Shown: positions 23,746 to 40,218, counted from the first letter of the stretch. The stretch: 59,739 bases of DNA from Babesia bigemina (GCF_000981445.1 NC_027220.1:434001-493739); one strand, 5' to 3'. Translations and numbers: made by a program. Notes: generated by a model not told the origin, from the sequence alone.

Positions 23746-26668
23746 TCACAGCCGTTTCGTATTGTCCAACAACATTTTCTGGAGATGGCGTATGTTTCGG
23801 TCGGGCATCCGTACTTTTGCCATGTGGTTAGCAAGACGCTTGTGAGAACTGTTATCAGGTTTTCTTGTTCGCAACACTTTGAGACGGCCCAGACCTGTCA
23901 CGCATGAGAGATGCTATTGACACCTTACCGTGTAGTGGGCCGTACTTCTCCATCTTCATAACCTTACATATAAACTCTGCCAATGCAGGTATATTCCACG
24001 TATCACTGTTCGTATCCTTAAACTTATTCAATGAAGGCGCATTTAGGGGAAATGGGCGGTACCCTTGCTTGTGCCACACAGTATGTCGTAGGTGGGCCTC
24101 ACCGACTTCAAGTCCCGTTGTCTGCAATTGCATATACCCAAGATACGCATCGAGCAGCATACCACGTGCATATATGACTCGCGTAATGGATCCAAAATTA
24201 TCTTGTGCGACGTTATGTAAAACGGTGCCTCATAGAGTTCGTCGACCACAACGCCTGTACGTGTATGACACAACTTCCAATTTAGCAGAATTGTGCTGCT
24301 CATAAACACGATAATGGCTGCGATAAAGCATTTTAAATGCAATCGTAAACAGCACGTAGCTATTGGTGAAGGCAATTAAAAACGTGATCCACGTACATTG
24401 CAACGACACCTCGTGATAAAAATCAGCAATTGCATGCATAGTTTACCTTTGGAGTACTGTAATCCGGTTAGATTCAATGCTTCCTCTATGGGGGCGTGAG
24501 TTTGATACCTTTGTCGAGACACTTTTGCGTAATGTTGTGACTTCGTGTGTTGCAGCACCCATAACGCCCGATTTAGCAGATGAGATTCCATATCATCCCT
24601 TATAATGCCAAACACTTGCGCAATTTTAAGAACTTCGTAAAGTTCGCAAGAATAATGTTTCGAATCGTAAAGTATCCTGCAACTGTTTATACTAGCGGAT
24701 TCTATATAAGCGTACCTTTCCAAGAGAATAGTCCATATGCCTCTATTACGTTGTCCTGTGAGCAGTAAAGCGTACCCCAAGTATACCAGAATGTTGTTCG
24801 GAGTCGAATAAACTAGATGGACTAAATCCACCCCAGCCCAAACGTCAAGGTCGTTGTGTAGTCCCACCAGCGACATGGATAGAACGAAATCTAAGACCTG
24901 AGTACGTATTAATGTCATATCCCTCTGATGTACAAGTAATTGTCGTGTATCACCGGGAATATACTACAACGACGAACAGTGGCGGCGACTACCCATTCCA
25001 GCAGATGTGAATTGGGCAAAATATATAAAATTGCATTGCTTTGGAATGCATTGTCAACTTACCTCGTCGTGTTTTACGTTACCAGTGCTCTTCAGATCCA
25101 AAAACCTCGCCTTTATGACCTCATTCAAACGTGAGATAGATGTGCCGTGTGTGCTGTGATACATAAGTATCGTTGACATATCTCGCATGGTCAATGTTGC
25201 GCGTTTCTTCGAAATAGCCCATTCGAACGCTTTTAATTGACGTGCATTTTGCACTCCATCCTTCAGATGGCGACAGTAGAGATCTATCACGGCACTAGTC
25301 GTAATCTCTACTAAACGCCGACCGATGATATTTTTGACATGTTTTGGCACGTCCTTAGTTGATGCCATGCGTAAGTAAACAGATGCCAGCTGGCTCGGCT
25401 GTATTGATCTAGATCGGTGAAATGAGTTCCGATACAAAACATCTCGAAGGATGGGAAACCTGGTCTCGAATATGTCAATTACAGAGAGCAAGCGATGCAT
25501 AGTGCTATCAGAAATGTCTGACACCTCAACCGCCAGTTTTCCTGCGATAAACTTTGTGGACTCAGCGAGGTCTTCGCTTAACTGGACAATAGTGTTGGAA
25601 ACGGTTAAAAGGATAAACAAATCTGCCTTCCTGTTCGCATCAAGCAGATTCACGTCGGTGACAAGCCTCCGTAATAGTTGCGAATTTGTTAGAATAGTCC
25701 ATTTTGTGCGTGGAAAAGATATTTGCATCTGTAAAATTGGGAGAATACAGGCAAGTATATCACATGCAGACATATAATATAGAGCACCAGAACGTTTATC
25801 TAAGCGCCCTCCAATCGCGCCGATTAGAAAAGATCCGGATTCATAGTCGCGGCCCAGGTAACTTTTTATCAGACATGCGACATCCACAAGCTGCATATCC
25901 ATATACGGTAATATTGGTGATAGTTGAACATACCTCGCGTGTGGACATCGACACCAAACCCTTCGAAATTTTTTTTGACACCTCTGCAAATTTGTTTATT
26001 TTAATAGAAAGATCCAGTGCATGCATCTGGCGCAGCATTTCTACCAAATCAGATGGATTCTTTAAGCCAATAATGTCTGATAAATTCGCGTCAAGATTGC
26101 GCTGAAGCATCTTTACATCGGCCTCTTCGATCTTGCGACCTCGGGTGCGGTGCATGGGAAACAATCGACTAGACGATGCTACCTCTTCATTACGAAAATC
26201 CCTGGCGTCACGAATAAAATCACTGTGTGAACCCCGGCGCGCCAAAGATATATTTATATAGCCATCAGGGAAAAAAGACACCTTTGGGTACTTTGGTGCT
26301 GACAAAAGTACATTTTCAACCTCATGACACGAAATAGGGATCTTCTCAGGCAACAGCTCAATTTCGATATTCCTGTTTCTTGAAAGTTTGGCCAAATCAT
26401 CGCAAATGCTATGGCATCGTTGCTCTGTTGGTGCTGCAATTTCTCCGGTCAATTCCATCACCTCCTTATCCTTTAAGTAATCGTGTAAGCGATTCCTAGA
26501 TGTGGGAATGTCGTGATTTACTGCTGACGTAGCATATCTCAACTGATGGTATTGTCGCAACCAGATTCCTGGCGCCATCGTCAGCGCTTTGCCTACATCG
26601 CACATGTTTAGATGTCTGCCATCGAAGAATCCATTCCTGAGGAACGTGAAGTGCTGCGATGTAAACAT
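23746..26668 (-). CDS. Large multi-exon helical-repeat protein with a C-terminal RAP-like domain (organellar RNA-binding)
   Basis: Chain of co-directional ORFs (26668-25841, 25989-25054, 24918-24376, 24160-23855) joined by short GT-AG introns. C-terminal THAPIEEALNLTGLQYSK...AHLRHTVWHKQGY fits the RAP pattern. Last exon ends ...DNTKRL* at 23746. Confidence 0.55.
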
Positions 26669-26995
26669 TTTAAACTATACAACGGTCAAATGTGTGCTTA
26701 GAAACGTTGATATAGCACTTTTTATATCCAGACCATTAACGGTCGATAAAGACAATGGTACGATCAACGTGCGGTTGTAAGCTAATCCACATATTGACTT
26801 TTTAAAAATCCTTTAGAGTTTCAAAAGGCTGTGTTGTGTATATAAATCAATTGCTTCACATCGTCGCCTTACAGGAACTGTAGTGACAGTACTACCGCCG
26901 TGGCATACACATCCCGTTGCCTGTTTTCGCATACTAATTGTAATACATTGTTCTCTGACTCATGGTATACGTTAATTATTTCAGCTTGAAGTAAT

Positions 26996-27771
26996 ATGGT
27001 GGTAAGTTTCTATTGAAATCCTGGCAACTGTATGGTTGGCTGATTACGACATTATTACGCTATGACGCTGTTCTTATCACATCTTTGTCTATTCATGGCA
27101 GTATATTAATGAAGCATGGGAAATTATTTGATGTGCAAGATTCTTGCGTCATGTGTCTACGTATTATAGTTCATTTGCGTAAATACTGACACCCGCTTGA
27201 CCATGTGGTTGTTTGATCCCTTAAAATGTGAACAATGATCCCGAATGCAGCTACCTCTGACAATCTTAAGAGCGGGCAAGAGTCAACCAGCGGTAAGTTT
27301 AATGAATAGACGGCAGTCAACATCGTATACCATTCCATCATAGCACCTCAGCTCATAGAACTCAAGAGCGGTGAAACGTACAGTGGGATCCTTGCTTCTT
27401 GCGATTCATTCATGAATGTTCACATGGTCAATGCAATATGCACATCAAAGGTGAGAAAAGCAATAAGCGCTAGAAGCACTTTGGTGGCAGAGGGGCGACG
27501 AGTTTTGGAAACTAGATGAGTGCTTTATTCGGGGAAACAATGTTAAATCATTCCGCCTGCCGGAAGAAGTTGCCGATTTAGCTGTTGAGGATGCAAAAGG
27601 TACCCGTGAGTTTTCTGTGATGTATCAATGTGACGTAGCCACAGCAAGACCGTCCACGTCCAATTCCAGGGCAAGAGGTAGTTTCTTTAGTGTGATAAAT
27701 GATACCAAGTAGATCGCGGAACCAGCAGGGGGAGACGGAACAACAGCAGCCGAGGGCGTGTCAAACAGTGA
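26996..27771 (+). CDS. LSM4: U6 snRNA-associated Sm-like protein LSm4
   Basis: Not in the ORF track. Splicing gives [76 protein letters not shown] plus an RG-rich tail. Confidence 0.92.
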
Positions 27772-28023
27772 GCGGATTGGCCACTCGGCGCACACAACCA
27801 AATGCCGTCGCTGGCGAATCATAGCATCCACATGTATCGGTACAACTAATGTATACTTAAATGTGTATTATCTGGTGTGTGTGACGACATAAAGCGATGC
27901 ATGAGTGATAATCGTGTTGCGCAACCGACTGTGTGGCAGCCGCTCCCGCCTAATGCGGCGTGTGGTTTGCACGATCACGCCTCCGCGGGAGGTGCCTCTG
28001 AAAATATTTCTTATAATTAAGAA

Positions 28024-29443
28024 ATGGCTGCAAGGAAAACATTGAAGGCTACTGTGCCCAAAAAACCTAAAGCAGCCGCAGTGAAGAAAACGGGAGAGAA
28101 GACAATAAAAAAGGCGCCATTTGCAGAATCTAGGACACCAAGGGTAGTTAAGCAAGACATGTGTAAGGATAATCAGCCAACCGATAACCCAGAACTCGAA
28201 CTGCAGTCTGAGGCATCCAATGACTCTGCTGCTGCTCTTGTCGGTGAAAAACACGCGTGTGCCGATATGAATAGAGTCCAGGAAATTATCACCGATGACG
28301 TAACTCCACAACTGGAGAGCTGCACTGTTGCAGGGGAAGATAATTGCGCAGCTGTAGAAATGGATGAAGAGCAGGCAATTTCGCCTCTGGATGATCAGCA
28401 GAACCAACAGGCTGATGAAAACGATGTGCAATATGAAGAAGAAAAGATTGCGGCATTCAGATTATTCGTTTCGAAATTGGCGTACGAAGCTACGAGAGAA
28501 GACCTGGAAGACTATTTTAGCCAGGTTAGGCGTACTTCTAAAATACTTGTAAAAACACCCGCAGTTTGGCGTGTTAATCGACATTCACATACCGCGACAA
28601 CCGGGCAACCCAGCACTTAATAAAGGATATGGTTTCGTTTCCTTCGAAAACGAGGGTGATTTATTAAAGGTCGGTTCTTCTCTCCACTTGCCACATAACA
28701 TACAGGTTCTAGAGGCACCATCTCATGTTATACTTGGCAGGGATGTCATGATAGATAGGGCTACGGGGCAAAAATATCACAGCAGTAAGTGTATAAGGTA
28801 TTGGCCATCGAAACACATTCAGGCACCAAAGCAATGGACGACACTAGCACACGGTACAGAGATATTTATCCCAGATATAAGCGCCAATATGATGAAAAGG
28901 ACTTGCGTTTGGACAGATATTACAGAAAGGAGAGAGAAGATCATTATAGGTACTCTTACTATGGCAGCGATCGTGGCAGCTATGCTAGCCCAGTCAGCTA
29001 CTCTAGGACTTATTCCGGTTTCGACCCACACAAACCCGTGAGCTACGTTTTTTCAGGGTCCTCCAAGCCAGAACATTACGGTGAGTCGTCCTTTGTGGAT
29101 CGTCATGCTTTTTCCAGGAGACATAGAGTACGACAATCGCTACAACACCAGGGCATCCTTGCCTCCGAAAACGAGGCCTCGTACGGTCCCGAAATTATTT
29201 ATTGGTAGATTAGGGCCGGAGACTACAGTAGGAACAATGAGGAATTACTTTTCTCAGTTTGGCGAGATTGCTGACGCTTACATTCCGCGCGACTCGTACA
29301 CTCAAAAAAGTAAAGGCTTTGGGTTTTTAACGTTTGCTCATAAGGACGCATTGCACGCCGTGATGGAGCCAAATGCCAAACACTACATTGATGGTAAGGA
29401 AGTCGTGGTGGATTATGCCGATACTTCCACCCGCCGGAATTGA
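28024..29443 (+). CDS. Two-RRM RNA-binding protein (hnRNP A/Musashi-like), multi-exon
   Basis: RNP2/RNP1 pairs LFVSKL...KGYGFVSF and LFIGRL...KGFGFLTF; Lys-rich N-terminus; R/Y/S-rich linker. Confidence 0.88.
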
Positions 29444-29485
29444 CCATTTAACATATATTGGAACGGGTTATAATAGGTTCCTGAT

Positions 29486-30876
29486 ATGCAACAACATGTT
29501 CACATTGTTCTAGTAATTCTAGCTGTCACTTTTTTGCCTTTTAATGCTGTGTTGTCTGCTTATATTCGTCGAGAGGTCGAGCCATGTCCAAAGGGTTTCG
29601 GTGATCGATGCGCAGGGCGTGGTAAATTGCTTGTGTCGTTCCTGGCCAGTGATAAAATACCATTTGGCGCTGAGAATGAATTATTTAGGAGATGTGCAAT
29701 AAAAGAACCGCTCCCCAGCGATTTCGCCCTTACGCCTAAGGACAGAGTAAGCGTGTGTTTTCCTTCGACACAACGTTGTGCCACAGACAATCATTGCTAA
29801 CGACCCATGTGCTCCAAGACCATACCTTTGGAATGTAAGGTGGCCTGAAACGGAACGCAAGGTGGGTTATTACGTAGACACCTTACCGAGCGCAGATTGA
29901 ATTGAGGGCTATAAAGTACCACGTTGGCCAAATATGGTCACCTGATGGGCATGTGGAAACGGTAACGGCGTTAAAGGTCCTTCCATGCACAATATGTGAA
30001 TTTATGGATTTCGGGTACGCCCTCGTGACATATGGTACGTCGTCGTTTAGAAGATAGTGCTGATGCTCCTCCCGACTCCGGATAAATTACTTGATACTTT
30101 AACGCTCTGTAGTTGTTCTGTCTGTAGTTTCGCAGATGTATGATCTAGCAGACTGTAAACTCAGCAATGCGTAACTAACGCATTTTGATCCAACATTTCT
30201 TTTCAGGGAGGCCCGCGTGGGAGAAACGCTGGAAGCGTCGCAGCGAACTAGGGAAACTCATTAAAAACTGTGAGAACTTCTCTAACATGAAACCTGTGAA
30301 GCTCCAGCCGCCGCAAGATTTTGTTCTTGGTCAGATATTGGACATTTCGATGCTCGTAGGGTGCACGCATGTAAAGGTTACAGGAACCACTAAGGGTAAA
30401 GGTTTTGCCGGTGTAATAAAACGGCATGGGTTTGCCAGGTATGTGTATCTCTAGCGACGGTGAATTTCACATTGCTTACTATTGTGAAAATGCTTCGGTG
30501 TAATTTGCACGTGTACAATGTACACCCATATACACCGTCGAAGCATGACAACAGATGGATGTGTTACATCTGTATTCCTTCCATTATGTTTCCTCACTCA
30601 TCAAACTGTAGAGGGCCCATGAGCCACGGATCCAAGCATCACAGGGGCCCTGGCTCTATTGGAGCATCAACCACTCCAGGCTGTGTTAAACCGGGGAAAC
30701 GAATGGCTGGTCGCCTTGGTGGTACCACTTGCAGCTTCCGGAAATTAAAGGTCCTCGGTATTAATCCGGAAACATCGCTTATGTACGTAAAAGGCCTCGT
30801 CGCCGGCTCGAAAGGCAGCTACGTGTCCATCACGTCAGACATGCAGCCACCAACCCCCGAAAACATTCTCAAATAG
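29486..30876 (+). CDS. rpl3: Apicoplast 50S ribosomal protein L3, multi-exon
   Basis: Signal peptide plus transit leader. Motifs VKVTGTTKGKGFAGVIKRHGF|GPMSHGSKHHRGPGSIG...PGKRMAGRLG and MYVKGLVAG. Confidence 0.93.
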
Positions 30877-30942
30877 GGATAATTAATTATTACTATAGAT
30901 TCAGCAGTCGCCAGAGGTTGTTAAATCGGTCAAATCTGAAAT

Positions 30943-31205
30943 TAGTGCGGCGAAAAGGGTAGTAAGTTAAGCAACGTAGGAAGAGAGCTACAGATCCCAA
31001 GGTAGTAGTTGTATGAATTTTTTGATCCTGAACTCCGAAATGAACTGGCGTCACATATCCGAAAATGAAGCCGCTAAGGTAACACCTTTTTAAGAGCAGG
31101 TGTAATGGTCACCTGCTTCAACTGCAGAAGCCTTTTCTTCAACTTCAGTCCCTTGAGGAAATTCTTGGGATCCTTGAATTTTATCTCGATCATAGAGCTC
31201 GACAT
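30943..31205 (-). CDS. Possible small basic hypothetical protein (2 exons)
   Basis: ATG at 31205 gives MSSSMIEIKFKDPKNFLKGLKLKKRLLQLKQ, then a GTGAC...TTAG intron and an open second exon. No recognisable motif. Confidence 0.25.
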
Positions 31206-31435
31206 GGTCACAAGATGCGAAAATAAATTCAGTGATAATGATTGCAACCCCATAGCGCAACTTCCGCAAAAGGAAATTCACGTAGCGCTCACACTAAACG
31301 ACACATTGGCGAGAACCGATGCTTACAATTTTTAGTTTGTAACACTGCACCCATGGTTTAGTTATAAAGCTAATGCAGGGTTGTGTATTGTTATAAGCGC
31401 AATTCCGAAGCACGTGCACACCCCCGATGCAACGC

Positions 31436-32194
31436 TTAGTTTGCTGTTCCACTGGAGTCGATGGACGAAGAATTTTCTGTCTTCTCATTTTCACTTTTGA
31501 GCTCACCGATAAGTAATGACTTTAGTAAGAATTCTCCATTTACCCAAGGATGAACTCTCAAAAATTCTTCTGTTAGATCCTTACCGGCGTATTCCAACAG
31601 ATGTTGGCGGCCTGCGCAGCAATGTAAGCACATATATCTCGCTGAATTTACCTCCAGGGTGTATGTCCAAGTAACGAGTAATATCATAAACATTGCCCTT
31701 ATAAATACTCCAGCAATCGTGCTCTGATTTGTGTCGCGCCACCTGTCAACTGCGTTTAGGATTTTGAACTATTTTTTGTACATGCAAAACCAGCCAGTTT
31801 TGTCGTAAATGCAGTACAGCTTAATTGCGCAAAAGGATAAAGTGCATTTTTTGGCCTTACCTCAGAGATATCGAGAGGGGACTCTGCCTTCTGTACGATG
31901 GCATCTTTATTTGATGCCATCATTTCAGCAAACCGGAATTGTGCAGAACCTATGCAAACAATTACACAACATTCATATTACAGAACTCTAGACAAAACAC
32001 ATGAGCATCGCGCAGACATTCCATCTGCTTCGGAGCCAATGGTATATGTTTGTTACATACCTTACAATGTTTAAATCAGTATGCTAAATCGTTGTTCACA
32101 CCACGGTTATAATGGAATGAGAATCTAACATACCTAAAGGCGGGGTTCTACCTAAGCTCCCCGAGGTAGAAACTTGTTTGGATGGAGCTCCCAT
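31436..32194 (-). CDS. Cytochrome b5-like heme-binding protein (RLF/IRC21-type), multi-exon
   Basis: Spliced MGAPSKQ...PPLG|SAQFRFAEM...DISE|VARHKSEHDCWSIYKGNVYDITRYLDIHPGG|RQHLLEYAGKDLTEEFLRVHPWVN. Contains the HPGG and second His heme ligands. Confidence 0.88.
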
Positions 32195-32792
32195 GCTCCA
32201 CGCATCTACACTATTCGATATAGGCTTATATGACGACGAAGATGTCAAAGAAAAACAACGATATGGCGTGACTTGGTGTGTTCGTGACCGCGCAATATTA
32301 GTTCAAACTCTCCGGGTGATCGCCAGATTTTTTAGCAAAGCTGCTATACCAATGAAATAAGTGGAAGACGCAAAAACAAGTCAAATGATATTTTCAAATT
32401 CCTTCCATATTAAAATGTGTGTCTGGAAATACGGCAACGTTTGTCTTCTTGTTAAGTTGGGTGTGTGTATGCCTTAGTTTTGCTAACCAGTTGCTAGATT
32501 CCGATCGCTGTGTATGAAGGTGCACTCAAATATAGATGGAGTTGTTACACTGCTGCTATTGTAATGGTTTATGAAATCCGAATGTAAGCGAAATGTTTTA
32601 CTTGCGTCGTTAGGTGTAGTTGTGGGGAAGTAACACTTAATTTCTTCGCTTGTTTGGAAAGGCAAAACCTATGGCACCCCCAAAATTTTAGCGTAGATAT
32701 AGTTTAAATCGCGCACTGAGAGCGTGACCGGGTAGTGAAACACATCCGGTTGATTGCGCCTCTCCACTGCGGATGTCACCAGTGCTGGTAAC

Positions 32793-33946
32793 ATGGTTGG
32801 ACTACACAAAGTTGCAGTCGCTGCCATCGTACTGGTAGAGACAATTGTCTTTTGTTATGCTCCCAAGATCACTGAAAGGTTCTCCATCTACAGGAACAAT
32901 TGGATAAATGAAAAAACCTTGAACAATGCGACAAGCGGTTAGTGCTAACCACTTTATTTTTTATTTACTGTAGGTGCATTGTTGTCTCTCGCATTTACCC
33001 ACCTTCTCCCTGAAGGTTTCGGTCACGCGGGATGTGACCTCGTGGTAAAACATGTGGATTTTAGGGGGTTTATCATGGGCATGCCCATCCTTTTGCTGGT
33101 AACCATTGATTTCTTCGCTGGTAGGAAGGTTGCGTATTGACATATAATATTGCAGGTCACCATTGTGGAACACATTCCGTTGTGCAATCAGGTGTTAAAT
33201 CTCTCAACAATAGGTAATGCCCGAATGTTCGTTATCTCAATACCTACAGTTCTATCCCAAATCTAGATGTCGATGTTGAACTCATGCATCTATCACACAC
33301 ACACAAGGCGCTATCACACGTCAGCACCGACCATGACTACAAAAACGAAGGTCACTGGGGTCATGTAGAATCAATCTCCTTGAGATTGAAGCAATTGTTT
33401 ACCTCCAGAGCGTTATACCTGCTGCTCACATTTTATGCCCACTCCGTACTGGAAGGTATGACTTTATAACCGAGAGCTGACTATTTTGCAGGAGCCCTTT
33501 TAGGTGCGCAAAAGACGGCCGGATCACTATGGGGAATGGCATTCGGCATATGTGCTCACAAGTGGGCTGAATGTTTGGTGTTGAACACCACGGCCACCAA
33601 CCTAATCACGTGGGGGGCTCTCAGGCACGCTTGCTCAATCGCATTCGCTCTATGTATACCCCTAGGGATACTAATAGGATCTCAAATAGAAGGGAAATCG
33701 GAGACAACGCAAGTAGTGTTTCAACTGCTGGCGATAGGATTCTTCCTCTACCTATCGTTTGAACTGCTTACGCACCAGGTATCAGAAGACGAAAGTCATA
33801 TGAGGTGGCCGCTTTGGACAAGCTACTTTTTAGGGGCCGTGGTAATGGCTGCTATTTTGGTGGTAGTAGAAATGGTGGAACATGGCGAAGGAAACGGTCA
33901 CGGGGATCAAGAGTCCCATGGATGTCCAGCAAATGGAAAAAAATAA
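32793..33946 (+). CDS. ZIP family zinc/iron transporter, multi-exon
   Basis: GALLSLAFTHLLPE, TFYAHSVLEG, ICAHKWAE and GFFLYLSFELL motifs; His-rich loop and tail. Confidence 0.92.
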
Positions 33947-34004
33947 ACACAATTGTGGATAATAGCTACTAGTGTTGTCACTTATTCAATGCTATTACAT
34001 AATT

Positions 34005-34080
34005 GTAGGTGTGCGCCAAATGTTACACACCTGGTACCTGCGTGGGCACACCCTAGGTGTGTGGTTCGTTGTGCACACTT
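34005..34080 (+). promoter_or_regulatory. Cluster of GTGCAC/CACAC motifs upstream of GAP50
   Basis: gtgtgcg, acacacc, cacaccctaggtgtg and GTGCAC (34071-34076) within about 75 nt, roughly 90-160 nt before the ATG. Confidence 0.4.
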
Positions 34081-34167
34081 ACCGCGTTAATTCATGATTT
34101 TTTTGTTGACCAATATTATTGAATAGCCGGTGTTCGTGTGTTATAAGTCATCATAAAGCTGCGGACC

Positions 34168-35522
34168 ATGAAACTGTCATCTGGCTTGAATAGTGCGCTC
34201 ACTATTATCGCACTGTTCTCCGCGATATGGTCACCCTTCAACGTTGTAAGGTGCCAATTAAGGTTCGCATCTCTCGGCAACTGGGGAACTGGCTCAAAAG
34301 TTCAGAAGAAAGTAGCTGATACCCTCAAGTCGGCAATTGCCAAGGAACGCGTTACCTTCATTGTATCCCCGGGGTCTAACTTCGAGTATGGAGTAACGGG
34401 AGCTAAAGATGAGAAATGGCAGAAACATTTTCAATCAATCTACAGCAGTGATGATGGATCCATGGAAATTCCCATGTTTACTGTTCTGGGAGCTGGTGAT
34501 TGGCAAGGAGACTTCAATTCGCAGATTAATCGCAATCAACAAGCGTATCTCACAACTCAGATAAGTGAAAATGTGGAAACCAAGGGATTACCTCGTTGGA
34601 CTATGCCCAACTGGTGGTACCACTACTACACGCACTTTGCTACAACTGCCTGTAAGTTTGCTTATATTTTGTATGGGTGCTTTTAAGTTGTGGAGATTGA
34701 TCTTTATATGAATTCGTCGAGTTATGGTTGCACTACTTTTACTTGCATGAAATCATATTGTGATGTGGTCATGTATCCTTACAACCTTTCAATTTAAATG
34801 AACAATGTACAGCTATGTCGCTGCTTAAAAGTGGACACAAGGATATGAGCGTGGGGTTCATCTTCATAGACACCTGGATCCTGAGCCAGGCATTCCCCTA
34901 CAAAGACGTCAGCAATGCTGCTTGGGCTGATCTCAAAAAGGTTCTGGAAATCGCCCCAAAGATTCTCGATTACATTGTAGTAGTGGGTGACAAACCCATA
35001 CAATCGAGTGGGCCATCTAAGGGTGATTCCCAGCTTGCATATTATCTTCTTCCTCTTTTGCGTGATGCGCAAGTTGATGCTTACATCTCAGGTTATGATC
35101 ACGACATGGAAATTATAGACAACAACGGGCTTGCCATGATCATAGCTGGCAACGGTGGAAGGGGCGGCAGGAGACCGGTAATGAAGGCGTCAAACTCCTT
35201 GTTCTTCAGCGAAAAACCTGGATTCTGTATTCATGAGCTAGGCGCAGATGGCATGGAAACGAAATTTATCAATGGGGAAACGGGTGATGTGTTGTATACC
35301 CATAAGCAAGCGATTAAAAGCAGGCCTCAGCGGCAATACGGTTCAGAGATTCAGAATGTCTCAGCGTTCCCTGCTGTGTCACTGTATCCCATAGGCGAAA
35401 TGGCGTCGCCCACTCAAATGGACGCCTTCGTCAAAATTGTCGGTACAATTGGGCTTATTATAGCCGGTATACACATTTTGCTGCTGTCAGGAACTACCCT
35501 TGGAAAGGCGACTGCAATATAG
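34168..35522 (+). CDS. GAP50: Glideosome-associated protein 50 (purple acid phosphatase fold), 2 exons
   Basis: Signal peptide, QLRFASLGNWG, FIVSPGSNF, WTMPNWWYHY, FIFIDTW, VDAYISGYDH and a C-terminal TM after DAFVKIVGTIG. Confidence 0.96.
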
Positions 35523-35540
35523 GCGCATATTTAATGTCCT

Positions 35541-38525
<2,985 letters not shown>

Positions 38526-38657
38526 ACTGCAGAGGAGGCGAACATTTCGTGGCTGCCTATGTGTGTTGAGCGAGACCCTAAATGATTGTTACCGTGCCAC
38601 CTGGAATCCAGATGGCACAGCCAAGGACACACACCGCTCTAATGTTATTTTTAAAGT

Positions 38658-39632
38658 ATGCGGGGAGAAGTAGTTTGCTGTGTTGTAAAGGACGTGCTTC
38701 ACGGAAGCCGTGACGATGCGTATCAACGCGACAACGGCTGCACACGTCCGTTCCACCTCGCACAGCTACTGGCCAGTGTAGTCGGTATTGCGGTATTTTG
38801 CGGTTTCTGGTATGGCATTCGTCCCTCTTTCGTGTTCCCGTACTATTATTATATCAATACTGCCGTGTGTGTATTATGCGTCGTGGTATTGGGGCTCTTC
38901 GCAGGAGTCACACTGTCTGATCCAGTCGACCCAAGGGCAAGAAAGAGAGGAGGCGCTGAAAACGTGAAGAAGTGCGATTCTGACACATGTTGCGACATTT
39001 GCGGCGTTGTGGATCTCAGCGCTAAGCATTGCAATATATGCAACAAATGCGTGTTGCGGTTTGATCATCATTGCATATGGGTAAACAACTGTGTTGGATC
39101 GCCTAACTACCTTCCGTTTTTCGCACTGGTGGCTTGCTGCACGCTACTTTTTACTCTCCTTGTGGCCCTTGGTGTGGCGGTTTTTATAATGGATGCTCTA
39201 TCTCTTGCTCCTAGGGATGCATGGCAAGCAACCTACGGCTCCTTCAACTCAACCGCATTCTACACATCAACATGCATAGTTACGTCATTCTGTGCGGTTA
39301 TGGCTGTGCTTTTCTGGCAACTTTTTCTTCTCCATTGTTACCTCATGTACAAAAATATCACAACGTATGAATATTTCACTATGCAATTCTCCGAGGTTAG
39401 TTTAACCACTTAGTAACAATCCTGTGTTAGAACGTGGACGACAGCATTCCAGCATGGCGCCGATGCATCGAAAAGGTAGTTGTGGATAGAAAGTAGGTTT
39501 AATCACCCACTTATTTGATGTCCTTGCAGGAGAATACAAAAAGGTCAGAAACCCAAACTTTCCAAAGTAACTGATAATGGAGCAATTATACCCGACATTG
39601 AGAACCGTCACAATGTGGACATGAATAATTAA
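38658..39632 (+). CDS. DHHC palmitoyl acyltransferase (3 exons)
   Basis: [12 protein letters not shown]...[26 protein letters not shown] and TTYEY motifs; four TM segments. Last exon ends ...HNVDMNN* at 39632. Confidence 0.93.
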
Positions 39633-40218
39633 TTAATAAAATCATAGCTGTCGTCATCGTTTGCCCTATCCGGAACGAATTGCGATTTAGCATTCAAAGG
39701 GATTAACGGATCTGCATGGGCTTTTGTTTTCGACTCCGATACCTCTATTCCTGGTATCCTAGTGTACAACTGGTCAGATGTGAGAAGGCTGCGTGCAGTG
39801 GTGCTTGCAATTTGAACATCACTCGTGGCTGGACCTGCGTATAAAATGTATGCTCGTTGACAAATTGACCACGATAGCTTTAAAACGGTGGTCTCTATAC
39901 AAAGAATATTTTGCATTGTTTCAACGAACGTTGGGTAACTTTACCATTTTCGGATGGTCGCGGTGGCGGAGGCGCTTCACGTGCCGCCCTTGCCACCTGC
40001 TCCTCCTCACCTCGAACTACCCAAGTTTTCAACTCCTCGTTGTAGTAGAAGTTATTTTCCTCACCCATCTAATATGATATAGCGGTCTGGATGTCTGACT
40101 TACGTGGGCTTCAGTGAAATTGCTGGAATCCTCAGTGCTTTTACCACGCAACAAATCCCAGAAGTAACCTGCAAACTCATGACATACACTTTTTATCACC
40201 TACTCTGCATCTTGACAT
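39629..40218 (-). CDS. Small protein with a Sec16 C-terminal-like motif, multi-exon
   Basis: Spliced MSRCRVG|YFWDLLRGK...EAH|MGEENNFYYNEELKTWVVRGEE...APPPPRP, resembling the Sec16 AKLGEENKFYYDEKLKRWV...PPPP motif. Confidence 0.6.

Noticed and set aside
32141..32200. Hairpin/pseudoknot-like pairings (TTCTACCT/AGGTAGAA, CGGGG/CCCCG)
   Set aside because: Falls in the predicted first exon of the cytochrome b5 gene, and the pseudoknot geometry has zero-length loops.
32630..32662. Short similarity to ZIP exon sequence at about 33100-33130 (taac...atttcttcgct.gt..ggaa)
   Set aside because: Too short and gapped to distinguish from chance.
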